Assembly: GCA_039028435.1 (NCBI GenBank)
Contig: JBCCIC010000011.1
Location: 102,761 to 166,760, forward strand
Length of the DNA: 64,000 bases
DNA from: Actinomycetota bacterium
GTDB lineage: Bacteria; Actinomycetota; Acidimicrobiia; Acidimicrobiales; UBA10347
Direction: 5' to 3'
Shown here: positions 17,984 through 25,564 of the stretch, in pieces
Layout: the number at the start of each line of letters is the position of its first letter
Position numbering within the stretch: position 1 is the first letter of the stretch
Notes under the pieces: model-generated
The model's input: the letters and a program-made list of their open reading frames with translations, nothing else
What the model was told of the DNA's origin: nothing
The model's database searches: none
Translations under genes and position numbers: made by a program

Positions 17984-19232
17984 GGGTCTTGGTCCCGTGC
18001 CGAGGCATCCGAGTGCGTAGCCATCGATGCCCGTCCTCGGTCACCTGGCCGTCGACAATCAGCCACCGGGGATCGTCGTCGTTGCGCGGCGCAAGCACGA
18101 GCACGGAGACGACGGATCGCGTGCCACCCTTGTCTCGCGTCACGTGCACCACCGCATCGATCGCCCGATGGGCGAGCTCGCGAACCAAACCAGCCGACAA
18201 GCCCATGCCGCTCATCAACGCCAGAGCGATCAGCCGCTCGATGGCTTCGGTGGGACTGTCGGCATGACACGTGGAGAGGCAACCGTCGTGTCCCGTCGAC
18301 ATTGCCTGCATCATGTCGAACGCCTCGGCTCCGCGAACCTCACCGACAATCAGGCGGTCCGGGCGCATCCGCAACGCGTTTCGCGCAAGTGAACGGATCG
18401 TCAGTTCGCCCTGACCCTCCGCGGTCGGCGGTCGGGCTTCGAGACGCACGACGTGGCCGCCCCCAAGTCTAAGCTCGGCGGCGTCCTCGATGGTCACCAT
18501 CCGCTCCTCGGCACCGACGGTCGCACACAGCGCGTTGAGGAGCGCGGTCTTGCCCGCACCGGTGGCTCCGGACACGACCACGTTCGCGCGGCGTTCGACG
18601 AGCGCTTGGAGCACGGCGACGCGGTCGGGTGGCCCGAACGCGCTCAGTGGAAGGGGCTCTGACGTGAAGCGCCGAATCGTGACGTACGGTCCGTCGACCG
18701 CCATCGGTGCAACCGCGATGTGTACCCGACTGCCGTCATCGAGGCGCGCGTCCGCATAGGGCCTGAGCCGGTCAAGGCGCACACCCAGCGGACCAACGAC
18801 TCGGTCGATGACCAGACGCAGATCGTCGTCATCGAGAACGACGCCTGTGCGTTCGAGTCGACCGGCGCGTTCGACCCAGACTGCGCCGGGGCCGTTGATC
18901 ATGACCTCGGTCACGGCGGGGTCGCGGAGGAGCGTGTCGATCGGGCCGAGACCATGCAACTGCTCAACCACCAGCTCGACGACCCGCTCGACCTCCGGCT
19001 CGGTACAAAGCGGTGCAGCCTGACGCACACGCCGACGTATGCCGTTCGGCTCGATGGGCACGCGTTCGTCGAGAAGATCCTGATGGATCGACTTCGCCGT
19101 GGCGCGCAGATGCGGCTCGAGCGGTGCTTGGTCACGCATGGGCCCACCTGCGCCAGATCGAACGCCGGCGTCGACGTCGTCGCCATCGCCGCAGACGCGC
19201 CACTGCCTGGACCGGGGTGCTGAACCGATCAC
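17976..19232 (-). CDS. tadA: CpaF/TadA-family pilus assembly (secretion) ATPase
   Basis: Walker [18 protein letters not shown]. Asp box [10 protein letters not shown], Walker [17 protein letters not shown], His box [11 protein letters not shown]. Confidence 0.92.
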   Translation of the reverse strand: MIGSAPRSRQWRVCGDGDDVDAGVRSGAGGPMRDQAPLEPHLRATAKSIHQDLLDERVPIEPNGIRRRVRQAAPLCTEPEVERVVELVVEQLHGLGPIDTLLRDPAVTEVMINGPGAVWVERAGRLERTGVVLDDDDLRLVIDRVVGPLGVRLDRLRPYADARLDDGSRVHIAVAPMAVDGPYVTIRRFTSEPLPLSAFGPPDRVAVLQALVERRANVVVSGATGAGKTALLNALCATVGAEERMVTIEDAAELRLGGGHVVRLEARPPTAEGQGELTIRSLARNALRMRPDRLIVGEVRGAEAFDMMQAMSTGHDGCLSTCHADSPTEAIERLIALALMSGMGLSAGLVRELAHRAIDAVVHVTRDKGGTRSVVSVLVLAPRNDDDPRWLIVDGQVTEDGHRWLRTRMPRHGTKTRA

Positions 19233-19897
19233 GCATGAGCTGGTACCAACCGATCGATCACCCGCGCCGCACGGCGCAGCAAGCCGCGAGGGAGACGGGT
19301 GCCGGCCAAGCCGGCGTCAAGGCAACGTGCGATCGACGCATCGACGGCGACCTCCAGCACGACAGATGCGCCCGTCACCGCCTCGGCATCCGCGGCCCCC
19401 AAAGCACGCCCTCGCTCGTTCAGCATCACGACCGCGGTCGGCGGGGTGTCGAGATGCTGCACACGGTGCAGCGTGAGGTAGTCGTTGCGCACGACCAGCA
19501 CTCGGACATTCGAAGCAGCGACCAGGGTCTTCGTGAAGGCCTCGTCGGCGCGGCCGGCATCGACGAAGACCATCTCGCGCTGGCGCTCGAGCCGGGAGGC
19601 CAGGTCACCGGCACGCGCCGCGTCAGGCCAGGGCGAGAACCCGCCATGGATCAGGCTGAGGTCGAAGTTGACCTCGGTGGCGATCCGGCGCATCGCCTCG
19701 TCGCCGAGCTCCGGTGTCGACGCCCACTCGCGTAGCCCTGGGCCCTCGGGCGGGTCGAGCCCCAGCAATGGCGAGAGGTCCGACTCGGTGTCGACCAGCA
19801 ACGCAGACTGGGCTCGCGACGACTCGGCGATGGCGAAGATCGACGCGACCGTCGACACCCCGACGCCACCCTTGGGTGACCAGAAACAACACAACAC
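19229..19897 (-). CDS. ParA/MinD-like ATPase of Tad loci (Ssd/TadZ/CpaE-like)
   Basis: N-terminus CFWSPKGGVGVSTVA is a deviant Walker A without the signature Lys pair. It is the first gene of the locus, with an ATGA overlap onto tadA. Confidence 0.65.
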   Translation of the reverse strand: MLCCFWSPKGGVGVSTVASIFAIAESSRAQSALLVDTESDLSPLLGLDPPEGPGLREWASTPELGDEAMRRIATEVNFDLSLIHGGFSPWPDAARAGDLASRLERQREMVFVDAGRADEAFTKTLVAASNVRVLVVRNDYLTLHRVQHLDTPPTAVVMLNERGRALGAADAEAVTGASVVLEVAVDASIARCLDAGLAGTRLPRGLLRRAARVIDRLVPAHA

Positions 19898-20066
19898 GGC
19901 TCATCCGAACGTTCGAGTGGCAGAAGCCACGATCACGGGGAAGCCGTTGGCGGCACCGTACCGCCCGACCGGCGACTCGGCAAGAGGCACCGTGTTGCAC
20001 CTGAGCGTTGCACCTGACCGCGCGGAGTCATGACGAAGGGGAGGGGCTACGGTGACGGGCCTGCCA

Positions 20067-20159
20067 GGAGGTGTCCGAGTACCTGGTGGGCTCCGCCGCC
20101 TTCAAAGCGGTTGGGACGGGCGATCCCCGTCCGGCGGGTTCGATTCCCGTCCACCTCCG
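20067..20159 (+). tRNA. selC: tRNA-Sec (anticodon TCA), 93 nt, no encoded CCA
   Basis: Folded by hand. Acceptor GGAGGTG/CACCTCC. Anticodon stem GCCGC/GCGGT with loop CTTCAAA (anticodon TCA). Long variable arm GGACGGG-CGATC-CCCGTCC. T arm with loop TTCGATT. Acceptor plus T helix totals 13 bp, and the discriminator is G. The architecture parallels E. coli selC. Confidence 0.85.
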
Positions 20160-20183
20160 CGCCGCTCACTGCGTTCGCTAACA

Positions 20184-20207
20184 GAGTTTTGGCTGGCGCC
20201 AAAACTC
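20184..20207. terminator. Perfect 10-bp stem hairpin 25 nt downstream of selC (candidate terminator or processing signal)
   Basis: gagttttggc-tggc-gccaaaactc read directly. It is not followed by a T-run. Confidence 0.4.
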
Positions 20208-20348
20208 CCAGTCGGGATCGCGTGAGCCAACCGCCGCTAGGCGCGCCTGGATTCGCCCTGGGGGCGAACTCCCGAGCGGTAAAGGCGCGTGTAACGCTCG
20301 GTGCCTGGCACCAAAGCGCATCACGCGGGGCGTGACTCGCTGGCTGGG

Positions 20349-21284
20349 CTAGACGGCGAGGAGGTCGCGGGCGCCGGTGTCGCTGCTGGGGTGGCGCAGC
20401 TTGGACATGGCGCGAGCCTCGATCTGGCGGATGCGCTCACGGGTGAGGTTGAAGTGCTCACCGACCTCTTCGAGGGTCCTCGGCTCGCCGCGGTCAAGAC
20501 CGAAGCGCAGCTTGAGGATCTCGCGCTCACGCTCGTCGAGCGGGCCGAGCAGGCGGTTGATCTCCTCGGGGAGCAGCGCAGTCGCGGCGACCTCGAACGG
20601 TGACTCGGCACCACGGTCCTCGACGACATCGCCGAGCTCGGCGTCGCCGTCTTCGCGCAGCGGCTCGCTCAGCGAGAGCGGCTCGGCAGCGAAGCGCAGC
20701 GCCTCGGTGACCTTGTCCTCGGGCATTTCGACTTCGGCAGCCAGCTCGACCAGGGTGGCCGGGCGGCCGTACTTGAGCTCCAAGCGAGCCCGGGCCTTTT
20801 GCAACCGAGCGAGCGTGTCGCCGGCGTGGACCGGAAGGCGAATGGTGCGACCGGTGTTGGCGATGCCGCGGGTAATCGCCTGACGGATCCACCACGTGGC
20901 GTAGGTGGAGAACTTGAAGCCCTTGCGCCAGTCGAACTTCTCGACGGCGTGCATGAGGCCGAGGTTGCCCTCCTGGATGAGGTCGAGGAGCGGCAGGCCG
21001 GAGGCTTGGTACTTCTTGGCGATCGAGACGACCAGACGAAGGTTCGACTGGACGAAGGTGCGTTCGGCATCGTCGCCGGAGCGGATGGAGCGTCGCAGCT
21101 CGCGTTTGCGCGCCGCGGTCACGGGTTCCTCGGATTCGAGCTCTTCGCGCGCCGCCACGCCCTGCTCGATCAGCTGCGCGAGACGAACCTCGTCGTCCTT
21201 CGTCAGCAATGGGTACTGACCGATGTCGGTCAGGTAGAGACGTACGAGGTCTTCTTCATCCCGTTCTGCACGCTCTTTCGCCAC
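20349..21284 (-). CDS. RNA polymerase sigma-70 family factor, primary-like (group 1/2), lacking a long region 1.1
   Basis: DLVRLYLTDIGQYPLLTKDDEVRLA (region 1.2/2.1), GNLGLMHAVEKFDWRKGFKFSTYATWWIRQAITR (2.3/2.4), TLEEVGEHFNLTRERIRQIEARAMSKLRHP (4.2). Confidence 0.92.
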   Translation of the reverse strand: MAKERAERDEEDLVRLYLTDIGQYPLLTKDDEVRLAQLIEQGVAAREELESEEPVTAARKRELRRSIRSGDDAERTFVQSNLRLVVSIAKKYQASGLPLLDLIQEGNLGLMHAVEKFDWRKGFKFSTYATWWIRQAITRGIANTGRTIRLPVHAGDTLARLQKARARLELKYGRPATLVELAAEVEMPEDKVTEALRFAAEPLSLSEPLREDGDAELGDVVEDRGAESPFEVAATALLPEEINRLLGPLDEREREILKLRFGLDRGEPRTLEEVGEHFNLTRERIRQIEARAMSKLRHPSSDTGARDLLAV

Positions 21285-21430
21285 AAAGCACCTACCTGCG
21301 AATCGATTGTCAGCCCGGCGCCCCCACGGCTCCGTTGAGACACGATACCGAGCCCAACCGGAGGCTCAACGTTAACGGAACTGCAATCTCAGAACTAGTG
21401 CGAAAATGGGTCAAGAGCCATCATGAATCG

Positions 21431-23068
21431 ATGCGAAGACGGCTGAGCGACCACGAAACAACCCGAAAACAAACGCTGGGTCGCCGATGGCACCGGAAGT
21501 CTCTGTGCTGGACTGCTGGCGTGCGTCTTCGTCTCCTTCTTCCGATCCTCGTCCTGTTCTCGCTGATCGCGGCGGCCTGTTCCAGCGATGCCGACGAATC
21601 GTCGAGCAGCGAAGAAGCCTCTGCCAGTGCGATGGATGAGTCCGAAACCGCGTCGGACGAGTCCGATGCTTCCTCGGCATCATCGGCCTCTGAACCTGAA
21701 GACGACGAAGCCATGGAGTCCGACGAACCCGTCGACGAACCGGAACCTGCGGCGACACCACTCCCCCTCGACGGCCTCCCGGTCGGCGATTTCGTCGACT
21801 ACGGACCCGCCCCCGAGGTCCCCGAGGGTCCGCTCAGTCAGGAAATCCTCGACAACGTCGACCACGTCTTCGGCGACCGTCTGCTGAACCGCGAGTTCGA
21901 CGACACGACCTTCACCGCCATCCGTGCGCTCGGCTCGTCGGGCGACATTCGTGTGGCGTGGTGGCTCACCGACCTCCTGCGTATTGCCCAGAGCGGCGAC
22001 CTGGCGATCACCCTGTCCGGATCGTTGTCCGAGCTGCTCGATGTCGGCCTCGACCCGTTCGGCGCCTGGAACGGTGCCGTGAACCACCTGATCGCCTGGG
22101 ACATCCCGGCGCCGCCGGACTACCTCCGGTACAAGCGCAACGTCTATGTCGCTGTCGAGCCCGACTGGTGGCCGCTGTTCGATGATGACGGCAACGTCGA
22201 CTGGCGCTACGTGTCCTGGGGTGGCGTGCTCATCGACGACCGCGACTACGACCAGACCGACGAGCCGTGCAACTGCATCCCCGCCGCGGACAATCCCCGC
22301 ACCACCGATGTCGCCGGTGGCGACGAGTGGCTCGAGGACGACACGATCGTTTTCGGCGTCGTCATCAACGACGAGGCCCGGGCCTACCCGCGCTCGATCA
22401 TGGAAGTCCGCGAGATGGTCAACGACACGCTTGGTGACCGCGACTTCGCCATGCCGTACTGCACGCTGTGCGGGTCGGCGCAGGTGTTCTTCACCGACGA
22501 GGTCCCCGACGGCATCGAGCGACCGATCCTGCGCACTTCCGGGCTGCTCTCACGCTCGAACAAGGTCATGTACGACGTTCGCAGCCTGTCGGTGTTCGAC
22601 ACGTTCCTCGGCGAGGCCGTCACCGGCCCGCTGCACGAGGCCGGGATCAAGCTCCCGCAGAATTCGGTGCTGACCACGACGTGGGGTCAGTGGAAGGCCG
22701 AGCATCCCGACACCACCGTCCTCCACATCGACGAGGCGCTCGGTCGGCCGTTCAGCGATCTGCGCAACACCCGCGATGCCAACGGCCCGATCTTCCCGAT
22801 CGGCGATGTCGATCCTCGCCTGCCGGTGCAAGAGGATGTGCTCGGTCTGCTGACCTCCGACGGCGATCCGATCGCCTTCCACGTGAACAGTGCGGTCAAT
22901 GCACTGCAGCGCGGCGAAGAGGTCAGCGTCGAGGGCATCAATCTGATCCTCGATGGTGGTGGCGTGCGGGCGATCGACGACGATGGCAACGACCTGGGCG
23001 GGCACCAGGCCTTCTGGTTCGCCTGGTCGCAGTTCTACCCCGGCACCGATCTGTGGCCGGAGGCGTAG
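21431..23068 (+). CDS. DUF3179-family lipoprotein with an acidic Ser/Asp/Glu-rich linker
   Basis: Signal peptide plus lipobox LIAAAC|SS. The linker is SSDADESSSSEEASASAMDESE... The C-terminal domain has the MPYCTLCGSAQVF motif I associate with DUF3179. Start at ATG 21431. The track start 21209 overlaps the sigma gene. Confidence 0.7.
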   Translation: MRRRLSDHETTRKQTLGRRWHRKSLCWTAGVRLRLLLPILVLFSLIAAACSSDADESSSSEEASASAMDESETASDESDASSASSASEPEDDEAMESDEPVDEPEPAATPLPLDGLPVGDFVDYGPAPEVPEGPLSQEILDNVDHVFGDRLLNREFDDTTFTAIRALGSSGDIRVAWWLTDLLRIAQSGDLAITLSGSLSELLDVGLDPFGAWNGAVNHLIAWDIPAPPDYLRYKRNVYVAVEPDWWPLFDDDGNVDWRYVSWGGVLIDDRDYDQTDEPCNCIPAADNPRTTDVAGGDEWLEDDTIVFGVVINDEARAYPRSIMEVREMVNDTLGDRDFAMPYCTLCGSAQVFFTDEVPDGIERPILRTSGLLSRSNKVMYDVRSLSVFDTFLGEAVTGPLHEAGIKLPQNSVLTTTWGQWKAEHPDTTVLHIDEALGRPFSDLRNTRDANGPIFPIGDVDPRLPVQEDVLGLLTSDGDPIAFHVNSAVNALQRGEEVSVEGINLILDGGGVRAIDDDGNDLGGHQAFWFAWSQFYPGTDLWPEA

Positions 23069-23087
23069 GGCCGCCGGGCCCTGACGA

Positions 23088-24545
23088 CTATCGCGCCATC
23101 GGCGGCACCTGGTAGCCGCCACAGACGCTTTCGACGAGTCGAGCGAAGGCCAGCGTCGTACGGTCCCCGAGGTGCGGTCCGACGATCTGGATGCCGACGG
23201 GCAGTCCGGATGGGGACAGGCCGACGGGCACGACGGTCGACGGCAGTCCCACGTAGCCGAACTGCGACGTCCACATAATCAGCTGGTGGTACGACCTCTG
23301 CTCCCCGTCGACCTCGATGCGGCGGCTGTACAGATTGCCCTCGGGCATGTGCTCGAAGGCCGGAGTGATCGCGACGGGAGCCAGCAGCACGTCGAAGCGC
23401 TCGAAGAAGTTCGCCCAGGAACGACGGTGCGCTTCGCGTCGTTCGATCAGCGCCAGCCAATCGCGATGGAACATCGCCGACGCTCGAGCGCGCATGACCA
23501 TCGAGTCGTCGTGCGACGACGGGTCGCGCAGGATCGCCTCGTACCGCTCCATCTCCTCGGCGCTACGCCCCGGCGACGTGGCGGCCGAGATCAGCGGCAG
23601 GCCGAGGTCCTCGACGTCAGAGAACGGGACCTCGGTTGGCCACGCGTCGTCGATCGACACGCCGGCCGACACCAGGGCCTGACGCGCTTGCGCAAGCGCG
23701 GTCCCGACCTCGGACCCGACGGGCAAATAGGGATCGTCGAGATGCGCGGCGACGCGGAGTACCGATGGATCCGCTGCGCGTGACGCCGGGAGCTTGAGTT
23801 CCCAACCCGCAGCAAGGTCGGGCCGGGGCCCGGCGATCACGTCGAACACCAGCTCCAAGTCGTCGACGGTGCGAGCGATCGGACCGATCACGTTCACGTC
23901 GGGCTCGGACAACGGATACGTCGGGTGGCTGATGTAGCCCAGCTGAGGAACGACCCCGAAGCTCGGCTTGTGGCCGCATACCCCGGCGAAGTGCGCTGGT
24001 AGCCGAACCGAGCCACCGATGTCGGTCCCGATCTCGGCGCCCGTCAGGCCGGCGGCGACCGCCGCGGACGCGCCACCGCTGGACCCGCCCGGACCGCGCG
24101 ACAGATCCCACGGATTGTTGGTCGTGCCGAAGATCTCATTGAACGCCTGGGCGTCGGCTGACCAGCGCGGCAAGTTGGTCTTGCCGAAGACGACGGCGCC
24201 GGCAGCCCGCACCCGGGCGACAACCTCGGCATCGGTGTCGGGAACGTGGTCCGCCAGCTCGACCGCACCACCGGTCGAACGCATCCCTGCGGTGGCAAGA
24301 GCGTCCTTGATCGTCATCGGCAGACCCAGCAGTGGCGCTGTTTCGCCGTTGGCCCGGCGACGATCCGCTTCCCGCGCCGTCTCGCGGGCGCCAGCCTCGT
24401 CGATGGTCACGACGGCATTGATGTCCGAGCCGAGCTCGCGGTTCCGGGCCAGGTAGGCATCGAGGAGCTCGATGCTGGTGACTTCGCCGCGATCGAGTGC
24501 CGCGAGGAGTTCGGTCGCCGATCGCGTGGTGAGTTGGTCGCTCAT
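23088..24545 (-). CDS. Amidase-signature family amidase
   Basis: GGSSGGASAAVAAGLTGAEIGTDIGGSVRLPA (AS signature) and upstream PMTIKD. Confidence 0.88.
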   Translation of the reverse strand: MSDQLTTRSATELLAALDRGEVTSIELLDAYLARNRELGSDINAVVTIDEAGARETAREADRRRANGETAPLLGLPMTIKDALATAGMRSTGGAVELADHVPDTDAEVVARVRAAGAVVFGKTNLPRWSADAQAFNEIFGTTNNPWDLSRGPGGSSGGASAAVAAGLTGAEIGTDIGGSVRLPAHFAGVCGHKPSFGVVPQLGYISHPTYPLSEPDVNVIGPIARTVDDLELVFDVIAGPRPDLAAGWELKLPASRAADPSVLRVAAHLDDPYLPVGSEVGTALAQARQALVSAGVSIDDAWPTEVPFSDVEDLGLPLISAATSPGRSAEEMERYEAILRDPSSHDDSMVMRARASAMFHRDWLALIERREAHRRSWANFFERFDVLLAPVAITPAFEHMPEGNLYSRRIEVDGEQRSYHQLIMWTSQFGYVGLPSTVVPVGLSPSGLPVGIQIVGPHLGDRTTLAFARLVESVCGGYQVPPMAR

Positions 24546-24602
24546 GGCTCGACGCTACTTCGCGCGCGGAATCGCCTCCTTGGTGACAAGTAGGGTCATC
24601 CC

Positions 24603-25493
24603 ATGACGCTTCCCTTCGCGCCGTTCGGCGGCACCGGCCATCAGAGCTCTCGGATCATCTTCGGCGCCGCTGCGCTTGGACGGATGAGTCAGGACCGTGC
24701 CGACGCCACCCTTGCGACGATTCGCGAGGCCGGTGTGAACCACATCGACACCGCGGCGAGCTACGGGGAATCCGAGTTGCGGTTGGCGCCGTTCCTGCAG
24801 GATCACCGCGAGGAGGTCTTCCTCGCGACCAAGACCGGCGAACGCGACGGATCGGCGGCCCGAGCGGAACTCGAGCGGAGCCTCGAGCGCATGGGTGTCG
24901 ACCGCGTCGACCTGATCCAGCTGCACAACCTGGTCGAACCGGACGAGTGGGAAGTCGCGCATGGCCCTGGCGGGGCGGTCGAGGCCCTTGCCGCCGCTCG
25001 CGAGGAAGGGCTCGTCGGCCATGTCGGAGTCACCGGCCACGGCACCCGGATCGCCGGCATGCATCTGCGCAGTGTCGAGGCGTTCGACTTCGCGTCGGTG
25101 CTGCTTCCCTGGAACACGACGATGATGGCGAACCCGGACTACCAGGCCGATGCCGAGCGCTTGCTTGCCCTGTGCCGCGAGCGATCGATTGCGGTGCAGA
25201 CGATCAAGTCGATCGCTCGACGTCGCTGGCCGTCCGACTACGACGGGCCACGATTCAGCTGGTACGAGGCACTCGAGGACGAAGCTGCAATCGGCCGGGC
25301 GGTCCGTTACGTGCTGTCCACGCCGGACCTGTTCCTCAACACGACCAGCGACGCCCGGAAGCTGCCGACCATCCTTGCGGCAGCCGCAGCCGACGATGCC
25401 GAACTGATGCCGTCCGCCGCCGAACTCGATGCCGACGTGGCGGCCTTCGAGGTCCAGGCACTCTTCGACGGCGGCGCGCTCGAGCGCATCTGA
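24603..25493 (+). CDS. Aldo/keto reductase
   Basis: GVNHIDTAASYGESELRLAPFL...VFLATK...VDLIQLHN are the AKR catalytic tetrad regions. Confidence 0.85.
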   Translation: MTLPFAPFGGTGHQSSRIIFGAAALGRMSQDRADATLATIREAGVNHIDTAASYGESELRLAPFLQDHREEVFLATKTGERDGSAARAELERSLERMGVDRVDLIQLHNLVEPDEWEVAHGPGGAVEALAAAREEGLVGHVGVTGHGTRIAGMHLRSVEAFDFASVLLPWNTTMMANPDYQADAERLLALCRERSIAVQTIKSIARRRWPSDYDGPRFSWYEALEDEAAIGRAVRYVLSTPDLFLNTTSDARKLPTILAAAAADDAELMPSAAELDADVAAFEVQALFDGGALERI

Positions 25494-25564
25494 TCCCACC
25501 GGAGGACCACGGACAGGCGGGGTGGCGCCGACGGTGACTCAGAATCCGATACAACGGTGCGCTG

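Noticed and set aside
20300-20312. Sigma-54 promoter suggested by TGGCAC within the GGTGCCTGGCACC cores (also at 31173-31185)
   Set aside because: The required TTGC(A/T) element 5 nt downstream is absent at both sites (the sequences read caaagCGCA and cgatcGTTA). Sigma-54 is generally absent from actinobacteria.
20030-20335. 101-aa plus ORF
   Set aside because: It overlaps the tRNA-Sec gene and the hairpin-rich spacer. The translation is Arg/Pro/Ala-rich and not protein-like.
20067-23100. Genomic island or prophage integrated at selC
   Set aside because: There is no integrase, excisionase or phage gene downstream. I could not find a second copy of the tRNA 3' end (ggttcgattcccgtcc) in the window. 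The flanking genes are a housekeeping-like sigma factor and a lipoprotein.
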